Below, in pieces: positions 7,945 through 17,212 of a stretch of DNA of 57,973 nucleotides. Both the position numbers and the translations under genes were made by a program. This DNA comes from a virus (taxonomy: Duplodnaviria > Caudoviricetes), in the IMG/VR virus record IMGVR_UViG_3300032086_002841, positions 1 to 57,973 of that record, one strand, 5' to 3'. The notes beneath the pieces are model-generated. The model ran no database searches. It had not been told where the DNA came from and saw nothing but the letters and a program-made list of their open reading frames with translations. Numbering within the stretch: the stretch's first letter is position 1; every line of letters starts with the position of its first letter.

Positions 7945-9186
7945 TTAACAATTATATGGGAAAAATTTTAGATTATCCCAAAAATACATCTTTTGTTCTG
8001 AAGATACAGTAAAACTAACCTGTGCAGGTGGCGACCAATCTCCTGATATATCTTTATACCACTCTGATCCACCATCAATAGAAGGTGCCTGCATAAACCA
8101 TCTACCATGATTAGAAATGCAAAAATAGTGATGAAAGTGACCTGTAACGACCATATCGCTATCCCCTATCGGTTGTTTGCCCATACATTGACCTGCAAAC
8201 CACTTAATTCCTTTATCAAAAGCATATCTACCTGTTTTAATTGAAACTCCAGATCTAAATTGATGACCATGAGCAAACCCAATAACTTTACCTGATACAT
8301 CAACAGTTGCAGATAATTCGCTGTTAGGTATGTAAAAACTAACATGACCGAATGCTTTTTTATTTTGTCCAACTATTTCTTGTACTTGTTCAACTATTGC
8401 TACATCATGGTTATCTGCAAAATCAGTATAAGATTTTCCGTTATTACGATTTTCTCCGTGATTTCCGGCTATTGCGCAGACGACAACATTATCAAACAAT
8501 GGCGACCACTCAGTTAGAGCTTTTACCATAATTCTACGAGCTACCTTAACCTGGTCCCTAAGATTGAGCTGAACTCCAAAAGTTTGTGTGTCGTAATGCC
8601 CATTACAGTTTTCGATAATATCACCTAAGGATATGACATAAAGATTCTTAATTTTCTTTCCATTTTTCCTTAGCTTTTGTACATGATCTACGAAATCAGG
8701 AATCATTTGGTTAAGTCTTTCAACTATTGCTACTGTACCATCTCCATCTGGTTTTCCTAATTGCCAATCTGACCAACAAAAGACTATTGAATCATCTTTA
8801 TCTACTTTAGGAAGTTTTGGTTTTTTAGCTTTTTTAACTTCTTTCAGTAGTAGATCATAGTCAGGATCATCTTCATTAATCTTTGTTCTAGATTGTATTT
8901 TGGCTTTATAGTAAAAAAGCCTTGTTCCTCCATCAGTCGGACTATCCCATGACCTTACCTCTACCGGCTCTATGACTTCATATTTTTGAGGATCTAACTC
9001 TAATTGAGTAAGAATATCATCATATATGTTGATGTCATTCCTAGTCTGAGGCTCTGATATTATTTCACCCTTATTACCTTTTAGCTTATAGCTTGGTTCC
9101 CATCCTTTAGGGTGATGATTATCAGACTTTTTCTTTTTACTCTCTAGATCAGATTGATTCTTGTTATATTCATCAAGACTTGACAT
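7945..9186 (-). CDS. Calcineurin-like metallophosphoesterase
   Basis: SDWQLG, LGDIIE, GNHG, HGH and GHFH motifs. Confidence 0.85.
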   Translation of the reverse strand: MSSLDEYNKNQSDLESKKKKSDNHHPKGWEPSYKLKGNKGEIISEPQTRNDINIYDDILTQLELDPQKYEVIEPVEVRSWDSPTDGGTRLFYYKAKIQSRTKINEDDPDYDLLLKEVKKAKKPKLPKVDKDDSIVFCWSDWQLGKPDGDGTVAIVERLNQMIPDFVDHVQKLRKNGKKIKNLYVISLGDIIENCNGHYDTQTFGVQLNLRDQVKVARRIMVKALTEWSPLFDNVVVCAIAGNHGENRNNGKSYTDFADNHDVAIVEQVQEIVGQNKKAFGHVSFYIPNSELSATVDVSGKVIGFAHGHQFRSGVSIKTGRYAFDKGIKWFAGQCMGKQPIGDSDMVVTGHFHHYFCISNHGRWFMQAPSIDGGSEWYKDISGDWSPPAQVSFTVSSEQKMYFWDNLKFFPYNC

Positions 9187-9406
9187 AGCGATCCATTGTA
9201 TTTTTAAGTTGTGTACGGATAGTGTCAATCATTAGTGGACATCCTTTTTTTTCAGATAACCACTTAGCAGCACGAAGTGCCGGTACACCATCTTTTACCC
9301 CTTGACATGCCTCTATCCATGCAGCCCTGTTAGACTCTGATTGTTCTCTCCAAGGGATTGTTCCAGGTTTTTTACCCTGCTGTGCATACTCTTGTAAACT
9401 AGACAA
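9173..9406 (-). CDS. Small protein coupled to the metallophosphoesterase
   Basis: ORF overlaps the downstream start; predicted helical, possibly HTH-like. Confidence 0.6.
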   Translation of the reverse strand: MSSLQEYAQQGKKPGTIPWREQSESNRAAWIEACQGVKDGVPALRAAKWLSEKKGCPLMIDTIRTQLKNTMDRYVKS

Positions 9407-9407
9407 T

Positions 9408-9632
9408 TTATTCTTCTTCTTGAGTTTCTACTTTTTGCCCTGATATGCTTGTAAGTACCTGTTGTAAACTTTGATTTTGAACTTTAAGTTCAGAATTTCT
9501 AAGTTCTAAGTTCGCAATTTTTTCAGCAGTATCAGCCAACATAGCTCTGAATGTTTTATTCTCTGCCATTGTTTTATTAACTAGATCTGCTGTTTGTTCA
9601 GGAGTTAACTGCTGCTGTTGATTTTCAGCCAT
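9408..9632 (-). CDS. Small coiled-coil protein
   Basis: Heptad pattern KIANLELRNSELKVQNQSL. Confidence 0.6.
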   Translation of the reverse strand: MAENQQQQLTPEQTADLVNKTMAENKTFRAMLADTAEKIANLELRNSELKVQNQSLQQVLTSISGQKVETQEEE

Positions 9633-9705
9633 AACCATTCCTTTCATAAATTAATACAATAATTATAACATTATTATATACACGAAAAGTGACAGAATCT
9701 ATCTT

Positions 9706-9855
9706 TTAAGAGATATTATTTTCTCTACAACCACATACACAATCATTTAAATCATATACATGAGTGACAGATTTTTGATCAATAGTTTTTGGAGTTCTGT
9801 CTGTTATTCTACTTTTTTTAAGAAGTTCCCATTCTAAATTGTAATTATTAACCAT
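9706..9855 (-). CDS. 49-aa protein with C-terminal CVCGC
   Basis: Hand-translated MVNNYNLEWELLKKSRITDRTPK...DCVCGCRENNIS; directly after the ferredoxin. Confidence 0.55.
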   Translation of the reverse strand: MVNNYNLEWELLKKSRITDRTPKTIDQKSVTHVYDLNDCVCGCRENNIS

Positions 9856-9861
9856 AATACT

Positions 9862-10107
9862 TTATGGTACTATAAAAATACATTCTCCAGGGCATTCTTC
9901 AGCTGCCTCAACAACAAGATCTTCTTTACCTTTAGGAACTTCTGCTTGTCCCTCTGATCCTTGAGAATTGCCATCTGCGTAAGAAAATACCTTATCGCCC
10001 TCTTTCACATAAGCAAGTCCATCATTTTTCATAGCAAAGACTTCAGGGCATATTTCAGCACATAATCCGTCACCTGTACATAAATCTTGATCTATCCAAA
10101 CTTTCAT
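9862..10107 (-). CDS. fdx: Actinobacterial-type monocluster ferredoxin
   Basis: KVWIDQDLCTGDGLCAEICPEVF ... AAEECPGECI (CxxDxxC...CP). Confidence 0.9.
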   Translation of the reverse strand: MKVWIDQDLCTGDGLCAEICPEVFAMKNDGLAYVKEGDKVFSYADGNSQGSEGQAEVPKGKEDLVVEAAEECPGECIFIVP

Positions 10108-10121
10108 AGATACATATTACC

Positions 10122-10862
10122 TTATTTCTTGTTCCGTCTTGTCATATCTCTATATCCACCAGTAAATTTACTTCTTAATTTGAAAGATTCATCATTTATT
10201 GCTTTATGATCTTTTTGTTCAAATTCTGTTACATCAAGTCCAATTTTTTCTCTTTTAAATGGTATAACATGCAAAAATGGATCACCTCTTTTTAATATAG
10301 TGTCACCCTCACTATGCCATATGCTAGGAAAGTTAACTTGATGGAATGTGTCAGTTTCCACGATGCCAGGTATCAAAGTAAAGTCTTTATTAGGATGCAT
10401 CTGTGGTGCTAAGAATAAAGTTGACCAACCTGGAGGTGTCCAAAAAAACCACGGACTTGTAAATTTTACAGGTTTTTTGTAATCTGTTTCGGCAAAAGGA
10501 TATGTAGGTAATTGATCAAAATTATGAAATTCTAAATGACTACTATTAGAATTTATTTGGTTAGTTTCAAAATGAAATACATCTCCTTGCCTTTGAACTA
10601 ACATATCATACCAAAATGGAATTATGAAACCCTCTGTAAAGTAATCAACAACTGCTGGACATTTTTTAATACTATGAGAACTATAATCTCTTAACATTGA
10701 ACCCATTTTAGGAAAAGGTTGAGTATCAAGTCTAGGAACATCTAAACTTAGCTTTGTAAACCACTCTGGTATCATTTGACCTGCTGGTACAGGTGGTGCT
10801 AATTCTACAAGTGGTGCGTCCATTGTAGAAAAACGCATATTTTTTTCTTTTATAAATTTCAT
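10122..10862 (-). CDS. CP-motif jelly-roll protein (DUF6065/dUTPase-like fold), paralog 1
   Basis: IKKCPAVVD..TEGFIIPFW.D, KF.SPW...TPPGWS, PGIVETD and IPFKRE motifs. Confidence 0.6.
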   Translation of the reverse strand: MKFIKEKNMRFSTMDAPLVELAPPVPAGQMIPEWFTKLSLDVPRLDTQPFPKMGSMLRDYSSHSIKKCPAVVDYFTEGFIIPFWYDMLVQRQGDVFHFETNQINSNSSHLEFHNFDQLPTYPFAETDYKKPVKFTSPWFFWTPPGWSTLFLAPQMHPNKDFTLIPGIVETDTFHQVNFPSIWHSEGDTILKRGDPFLHVIPFKREKIGLDVTEFEQKDHKAINDESFKLRSKFTGGYRDMTRRNKK

Positions 10863-11365
10863 ATTTTCTTTTTAAAAAACCAATGATCTGGCTCTGCAAA
10901 ATGCAAGAAAATCATACCAACATTATTCCAATCAGGATTTGGAAATTCAGGTCGCCAATGTTCCTGATCTTCCCCATAAAAAGCTAGAGCTTCATTTTCC
11001 TCTAATTTATATTCAACATCTTCGATTATTAATGGCCATTGAACATTTTGATATAAACAAACATCTAATGTATATGTACAAGCATTAGTGTCTGTGTGCT
11101 TAAACAACTTCGCCTCAGGTCCCTCATAATGAGCTAGCAAAGAGTATGTGTATTCTAATGTATCAGAGTTAAATATTTCTCTTGCTTTATCTACCATTGG
11201 CTCTGTGTATTCTTTTAATTCTGGTAAATCACGATCAGCTATTTCATATCTACCAAATTCTTTAAAATATGGAAATTCTTTATATTTGTAATGCAATAAA
11301 GATTTTAATGTATTAAATGTATGATGATCGAATAGATCCTTAACTAATTTTACTTCTTTCTCCAT
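10859..11365 (-). CDS. 2OG-Fe(II) oxygenase
   Basis: LFKHTD (HxD), distal HWR and IFLHF. Confidence 0.75.
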   Translation of the reverse strand: MEKEVKLVKDLFDHHTFNTLKSLLHYKYKEFPYFKEFGRYEIADRDLPELKEYTEPMVDKAREIFNSDTLEYTYSLLAHYEGPEAKLFKHTDTNACTYTLDVCLYQNVQWPLIIEDVEYKLEENEALAFYGEDQEHWRPEFPNPDWNNVGMIFLHFAEPDHWFFKKKI

Positions 11366-12177
11366 GATTTACCTTTCAATAACTTTTTAGGTCGTCTTTC
11401 TAAAGCGTCTGGATATAAAGTATTAGTATCTCGCCTATTTACTGCTGATCCTACAATCATATTCCATCTTTCGCTAAATGTTTCGTTCCACTCTACCCAT
11501 TCTACCTTCACAGGCTTTGAAAATAGTAAATTAAACATAACTGTGTCATGATTAAGTTCTAAAGTATCTTGACTAAGATCAGTCCACTCAAAAGCCCAAG
11601 ACAATCCTCTTGACCATCCGTATATAGGCATAAAACCAGGTACTAATGATATAGGTAAATTTTTACCTGAATTTCTATCTGATGGAATAACATCTAACCA
11701 AACATCTGGATCATCAGTAAAAAACATAAAAGGCATAGTTATCTGCATAACAGGTTTATCAGGACTAGCCCACGCTTCTTTTTCTTCAAGTATAATTTCT
11801 TTAAATGGTCCATGATGTTTAACTGCACCATGATAGTTCGCAGACATACTGTAGCCGTTAAACCTATCTATTTCATCAGCAAATTGATTTTTTGACAAAT
11901 TAACTTTTACATAACTAAAAGGAAAATACATTTCATACATACGATTTCGCATATATTGTGTAGAAACACAACCATTTGGTGCTTTTACAAATTTTCTTGG
12001 CTGACCATAATTTATAATCGGTATTGAACTAGTGTCCTCAATTTCTTTTCCAGGTGAATTAGCTAAAGGTTTGGGTATCGTAAAAGCAACTGTAGGTAAA
12101 TTTCTATTACTTTCTCTAAGTGGTTTACTCCATATTTTGCCATAATCAGGTATTTTTATTGGACATTTACTCATCAA
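11350..12177 (-). CDS. Divergent jelly-roll protein of the oxygenase cluster
   Basis: NGCVS, PFMFFTD, LVPGF.PIYGWSRGLSWAFEW; typical companion of phage oxygenase clusters. Confidence 0.5.
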   Translation of the reverse strand: MMSKCPIKIPDYGKIWSKPLRESNRNLPTVAFTIPKPLANSPGKEIEDTSSIPIINYGQPRKFVKAPNGCVSTQYMRNRMYEMYFPFSYVKVNLSKNQFADEIDRFNGYSMSANYHGAVKHHGPFKEIILEEKEAWASPDKPVMQITMPFMFFTDDPDVWLDVIPSDRNSGKNLPISLVPGFMPIYGWSRGLSWAFEWTDLSQDTLELNHDTVMFNLLFSKPVKVEWVEWNETFSERWNMIVGSAVNRRDTNTLYPDALERRPKKLLKGKSWRKK

Positions 12178-12985
12178 TTACTCCTTCTTGTTTCCATATT
12201 CGTTTATTTTGTTGTGTTAACCATCTATAAAAACCATTTTGCCTAGTTCTTTCGGCAGCCCTAACCTTATTATAATACTTTTCATCAAGCTGATCCATTT
12301 CTGCGACTTGTATTTTTGGTAAAGTTTCTCTTTTAAATGGAATAACCTGTACCAAAGGCATGCCTTGTCTAAATATTTTTTCGCCTGTACCATGATATAA
12401 AAATGGTATATTCATTTGATGATAACTATCTGTTTCTACAATAGATGGTAAAACTTCTATATCTAAATTTCTGTGATACCACGGATCCATAATCATAACT
12501 GACCAACCAGGTGGAGTAATAATATCCCACGGATTATCAAATTTTAAAGCTGTATAAAATGTATGATCCATCATAGGCATACTACCTATTGCCCTAGAGT
12601 CATGAAAAGTTATTGTTTCTTCAAATGCGTGTTTGTTATACCAATTTAAACCTGTACTTTTATCATGATGTATTTTAAGATCTAACCACAACGGAATAAT
12701 ATATCCCTCGTGCATTATATCTTTTACTGTTGGACACTTTTTTAAAGAATTATCTTTATAAGGAACTGTATTCCAACTGTCATCTTTACCCTCGCCATGT
12801 TCTCCATCACGCATTTCTGTCCACTCACGCTGTAAGTTTTTATACCACGCAGGTATAAACTCTTTAGCAGGTCGAGGAGGTGCTAGATCGATATACTCAG
12901 GTTTTTTTGTTAAAAATTTAATAGTATCAAATTCTAATTTATGTTTCTTTTCTTCTAAAAATCTGTTGTACTTTTTCCCCATCAT
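12167..12985 (-). CDS. CP-motif jelly-roll protein, paralog 2
   Basis: LKKCPTVKD...GYIIPLWLD, KF.NPW..ITPPGWS, IVETD and IPFKRE. Confidence 0.6.
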   Translation of the reverse strand: MMGKKYNRFLEEKKHKLEFDTIKFLTKKPEYIDLAPPRPAKEFIPAWYKNLQREWTEMRDGEHGEGKDDSWNTVPYKDNSLKKCPTVKDIMHEGYIIPLWLDLKIHHDKSTGLNWYNKHAFEETITFHDSRAIGSMPMMDHTFYTALKFDNPWDIITPPGWSVMIMDPWYHRNLDIEVLPSIVETDSYHQMNIPFLYHGTGEKIFRQGMPLVQVIPFKRETLPKIQVAEMDQLDEKYYNKVRAAERTRQNGFYRWLTQQNKRIWKQEGVIDE

Positions 12986-12992
12986 CTACCTG

Positions 12993-13700
12993 TCATTCTA
13001 ACAACAAAGTAGCTGACATCACAGCTCTTAAGTGTTCTTCAGGTTTGTCTGTGACCATTGTTTTATATGTTATTTCATCTCCATCTTCCCAATGGATAAT
13101 TTTTATAGAATTAAAGTTTTCTTTTAAATAAGTTATTACAGTATTTATATTCAAGATCTGATCTGGTTTCCAATCCATAACTACTTTTGTTCCTGCATTA
13201 TTAGACAATGTAGTTTCTGCACCTACAAGAACATCATATTCTTTGCCATTTGCATAAACTATCATTAGATCTATATCAGATAAATTTAAGCTATCAACAG
13301 TTATTACATCTACAGCCTGTGAAGAATCTCCAAACACCATATCTAGTATGCCACCTGATTTATTGTCTTCAAAGAAATACATAGTACCTGTTCCATTTTC
13401 ATCAGAGCATGCTTTGTTGTAGTTTTCAGCAGCATTATAGTTTGCATCTAATATTGCATAGCGATCAGAGTTGGGTTCTATATTTACTGTTTCAACACCA
13501 TCTCCTTCTAATATTCCTGTTGCTACACCACATCCTGCACCTACAATTACAGCTTTTGTAAAGTTAGTTCCGTTATCAACTAGATAAAACTCTAGTGAAG
13601 GATTTATATGACCTAGTGTTGATGCCTTACGATATTCAGATTTATCTGTTTCATCAATATTAATTACTATTCCATTTCTAAAAGTGTGTGATTGTGCCAT
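12993..13700 (-). CDS. FkbM-like methyltransferase (divergent)
   Basis: IVGAGCG, IEPN, NKACSD, ITVDSL and E.DVL.GA..TL; the usual KIDVEG is replaced by IVYANG. Confidence 0.65.
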   Translation of the reverse strand: MAQSHTFRNGIVINIDETDKSEYRKASTLGHINPSLEFYLVDNGTNFTKAVIVGAGCGVATGILEGDGVETVNIEPNSDRYAILDANYNAAENYNKACSDENGTGTMYFFEDNKSGGILDMVFGDSSQAVDVITVDSLNLSDIDLMIVYANGKEYDVLVGAETTLSNNAGTKVVMDWKPDQILNINTVITYLKENFNSIKIIHWEDGDEITYKTMVTDKPEEHLRAVMSATLLLE

Positions 13701-13716
13701 GTTTATATCCTACTAC

Positions 13717-14406
13717 CTAAAAACTAATATTTACACCTTCTGGGATATACATTGGTGGTAATCCATCAAAGTCTATTTGGTGACCTAACCATGTAACTAT
13801 AGCGTACTTAGTACCCTCTAAAACAGGCATTGCCTTATGTGAATAAGCGTAATTACTAGGAAACAAAACTAAAGCAGGTTTATCTGGTTTAACCATTTCG
13901 TCAAAGTGACTAAAATAAGTTCCACCACCCTTGTATTCAGTTGGATTTAAAAGTATTAAAGCCGATAAATGTCTAGGATTGTGAGGTGCATAATCACAAT
14001 GAGCTTTATATTCCTGACCACCTTGATACCTTAAAAGTGTATAACCCTCATCAAAGTGAATATTTACTTCATACTTATCACAATACTGCTTTACATAGAT
14101 CTGTAATTTATTAGCTAATAATTCCTGTATATTTTTAAGATCTCTTATGTAATTATCTTTACCATCTTTTATAGCGTCCCTAACTATTCGTGCTTCACCT
14201 GGTAAATTAGCATTTTTACTTATTGGGAATAATTGATTTGTTCTAATATTCCCACCTTTGTGACCTTTTCCAATTCCTGCATCTTCAAAACTCATTTTAA
14301 AATCAGGATCTTTGTCTATGTTTTCTATTGCGTCTATAATCTTTTTTGCCTGATCTTCTGTTAAAAAATCATCATATATCTCAACACAACCCATAACTTG
14401 TTTCAT
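13717..14406 (-). CDS. Prolyl-4-hydroxylase-like 2OG-Fe(II) oxygenase
   Basis: LLRYQGGQEYKAHCD, GGGTYF and LFPSNYAYSHKAMPVLEGTKYAIVTW. Confidence 0.88.
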   Translation of the reverse strand: MKQVMGCVEIYDDFLTEDQAKKIIDAIENIDKDPDFKMSFEDAGIGKGHKGGNIRTNQLFPISKNANLPGEARIVRDAIKDGKDNYIRDLKNIQELLANKLQIYVKQYCDKYEVNIHFDEGYTLLRYQGGQEYKAHCDYAPHNPRHLSALILLNPTEYKGGGTYFSHFDEMVKPDKPALVLFPSNYAYSHKAMPVLEGTKYAIVTWLGHQIDFDGLPPMYIPEGVNISF

Positions 14407-15119
14407 AATATTTGCCTCCTTGTTAAATTTTCTGCTGGCACACCATCTAGAAATGAATCTATATCAAATCCACTTGAACATGCAACTAGAAAAGCTGATT
14501 TCCTACCATCTAATAAAGGTGTTGTAGAGTGAGAAAATACAAATGCACTAGGCATTATAACAAGACTTCCTGCTGGTGGTTTATAAGAAGGACTATCAAA
14601 ATAACGAAAATCTAAAGCGCCACCTTTATGATCATCTGTCAAATATGTCAAACAAGTAATCCTCCTTAAAAAAGGTGCGTTCCAAAATCTACCTGTTTCA
14701 GGATTTCTTGTTGATCTATTATCGCCATGATAATTCATGTGCTTAGGTGGTTTATAAGTGATGTATTGATACTGTTCCATCCAATGTATTTCATCCTTTA
14801 CATCAGGATATATTTCACAATATTTATTAATTTTATCTAATGTATTTCTTTGAACTTGAAAAAAAAATTCTACACTTTCTTTTTCACGAAATTCTGTTTC
14901 TGGATCAAATCTTATAGGACCATTTGCATTTCTAACAGTTTCATAATTACCACCTCTATCAAAATCATTATTTTTTATTACAATATCTTTCCATCTATCT
15001 ACTTCTGAGTTCATAATATCTACTACACCATCAGGAACTTCTAAACAATTTTCCCAAGAAATAACACCAGGTACTATTTCCTTGTATTCAACTTCCCTCC
15101 AAAGTTTTTCTAAAACCAT
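14403..15119 (-). CDS. Prolyl-4-hydroxylase-like 2OG-Fe(II) oxygenase
   Basis: MNYHGDN, LTYLTDDHKGGALDF and IMPSAFVFSHSTTPLLDGRK. Confidence 0.85.
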   Translation of the reverse strand: MVLEKLWREVEYKEIVPGVISWENCLEVPDGVVDIMNSEVDRWKDIVIKNNDFDRGGNYETVRNANGPIRFDPETEFREKESVEFFFQVQRNTLDKINKYCEIYPDVKDEIHWMEQYQYITYKPPKHMNYHGDNRSTRNPETGRFWNAPFLRRITCLTYLTDDHKGGALDFRYFDSPSYKPPAGSLVIMPSAFVFSHSTTPLLDGRKSAFLVACSSGFDIDSFLDGVPAENLTRRQIL

Positions 15120-15589
15120 TATTCTTCTTCTTGATCGCTATGGAATACTGATAATTCTGCTTCTTTAAATAATTCACCATTCTTAGTAAAACGCAAGTTA
15201 TACCAACCAACATTTAGTCTGATATGTTCTGTTTCGTAAATTTCTAATCTTTTGTTAAAGTTTAAATTGTGAGATTCTACTTTGTTACTATCTGCTTTAG
15301 GATTTTCGTAATCTTTTTCCCATACTTCTAAAACAAATGTTGGATCTGTTTCAAAAATACCAAAATCGTCTACAAGTCGGTAAATTAAATAATCTGTATC
15401 AGAACAGGTTTGTGGAGTATATATTTCTTGAAATTCTGGTATTTTAAAAGCATGTGCCTCATTTTCATTAATGACATACTTTTGATTGTTATCTGATAAG
15501 CCGTGATGTATTTCTTGGAATTTTCCAAACCATTCATGTTTATAGTCATCTATATTATGATTTTTAGGTACAAAATATACCTTTCTCAT
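15119..15589 (-). CDS. Hypothetical protein
   Basis: Operon-packed ORF with GGGAGG SD. Confidence 0.7.
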   Translation of the reverse strand: MRKVYFVPKNHNIDDYKHEWFGKFQEIHHGLSDNNQKYVINENEAHAFKIPEFQEIYTPQTCSDTDYLIYRLVDDFGIFETDPTFVLEVWEKDYENPKADSNKVESHNLNFNKRLEIYETEHIRLNVGWYNLRFTKNGELFKEAELSVFHSDQEEE

Positions 15590-15607
15590 AATTCCTCCCT
15601 TATTGCT

Positions 15608-16528
15608 TTATACTAAATTAGGTCTGGTTGTAAGTAATTCTTTTAAATAATCTACAGTTGGTCCTAAAACTTCAGACTTTCCAGCTTTGTAAGTTGCTGT
15701 GTCAGCGAGAAAAGCATCTTCATCAAAGTCTGCTGGTACTTCTCCTAACTTATAAAGACTGTTAGCAATAGCTTTGTCGATCATTTGTAGTGCGTCAGCT
15801 TTTTCTACTGCTAAAGCATCTGCGTCTATTGATAATTGCATATCTTCTCCTATAGTGTAAGTTTTACCACATAAGTATAGCATTAAATAACTCATGGTTG
15901 AGTCCATATCTAATGTCATCATTGTCGCAACATTATCTTGAACACTTTGTGGTATTTCTATTGTAGTTGAATTTTTGTAAGTATTGAATATTTTATAATG
16001 CGACCATAAAAGATCTTCACCCTGTTCACCATGTTCTACAGTATCATGTAAAAGATCATCAGATACATTATTTGAATTATTGCCAATAGGTGTTATTTTT
16101 TGAGCTACTATTCCTTGAAAAAAAGTATCTCTGTATAGATATGGTTTATCTTCTTTAACATAAACTACATCATACATATTTTCAGTTAAGGTGAATTTAT
16201 ATCCAGATTCTAAACATAAACCACAAACAGCACCACAAGGAACAGTATTTCCCTCGCAATCTTCTGCATTGTAATTAGTCAAAAAATCTTTTCTACGAAT
16301 AAAAAAATCACAATATTTTGCCCCATTTAGATCAATGTCTGCATAACCAAAACTACCTTCAGAGGTAAATTCAATTTCAGATCTTGGTGCTTCGTGATAA
16401 AAATCTTCATAAGTATTTTCTGGGAATAGCAAATTTGGATCGCCCATGTGTCTACCAGGCATATACCAAAGAGTATAATTGTCGTAGTCTTGATCTTCTC
16501 TACTGTAATAAACTCTGACAGTAGACAT
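15608..16528 (-). CDS. Hypothetical protein with a C-x6-C-x3-C-x2-C cluster
   Basis: EDCEGNTVPCGAVCGLCLE; helical C-terminus. Confidence 0.7.
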   Translation of the reverse strand: MSTVRVYYSREDQDYDNYTLWYMPGRHMGDPNLLFPENTYEDFYHEAPRSEIEFTSEGSFGYADIDLNGAKYCDFFIRRKDFLTNYNAEDCEGNTVPCGAVCGLCLESGYKFTLTENMYDVVYVKEDKPYLYRDTFFQGIVAQKITPIGNNSNNVSDDLLHDTVEHGEQGEDLLWSHYKIFNTYKNSTTIEIPQSVQDNVATMMTLDMDSTMSYLMLYLCGKTYTIGEDMQLSIDADALAVEKADALQMIDKAIANSLYKLGEVPADFDEDAFLADTATYKAGKSEVLGPTVDYLKELLTTRPNLV

Positions 16529-16530
16529 TA

Positions 16531-17211
16531 TTATACCTTAAATGTTTTGACTGTTCCGTCAGCATATCCTGTGACATCTGTCAACACACCTGTTAATGGT
16601 ATATCCTGAGAAATTATAAAAATTACTCCACCACCTGTTGTGGTTTCTCCTGTAGCCTTAATAGTTCCATATCCTTGTATTTTTCTAGCACATAAAACTA
16701 CAATTCCTCCACCATGACTTACGCTATCTCCTGCACCACCTTGTAATGCGACAGGAGTTGTTTGACCACCATGTACAATTACTCCTCCAACTGCTATATC
16801 CGGATGATTAAAGTATTCTGCACCTACTGTAGGCGCTGTAGCTGTATATCCATTACCATTTCCACCAAGAGAGTTTGTGACTGCTGCACTCGCGCCACCT
16901 CTAAGAGTTCCTGATGTAGAAACACCACCAATTCTTCCTATTGTTGTATCTGATTGGTTAGTGGAAGTAGCTGCCATAGCTAATGTATTTCTTACAAAAA
17001 CTCTATATCCTGCTGTGTCTAATGCAATTCCTGGATCTATTGTCAAATTGTTATAGTGCATATCTCTTGTTAAAGATGTATTAGAACTTATTTGTACATT
17101 TCCATCCATACCAGATCCATAAATAGAATCAGGAATAACATCAAATTCGGTATAATCTATCTCTGGCTCTCCGACCTCTCTTATATTTCTTCTATAATAT
17201 CTTCTGCCCAT
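16531..17211 (-). CDS. Gly-rich virion/fibre protein (paralog of 17213-18547 without the insert)
   Basis: IYGSGMDGNV, LTRDMHYNNLTI, GYRVFVR and GGGIVVL are shared with the next gene. Confidence 0.7.
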   Translation of the reverse strand: MGRRYYRRNIREVGEPEIDYTEFDVIPDSIYGSGMDGNVQISSNTSLTRDMHYNNLTIDPGIALDTAGYRVFVRNTLAMAATSTNQSDTTIGRIGGVSTSGTLRGGASAAVTNSLGGNGNGYTATAPTVGAEYFNHPDIAVGGVIVHGGQTTPVALQGGAGDSVSHGGGIVVLCARKIQGYGTIKATGETTTGGGVIFIISQDIPLTGVLTDVTGYADGTVKTFKV

Positions 17212-17212
17212 A

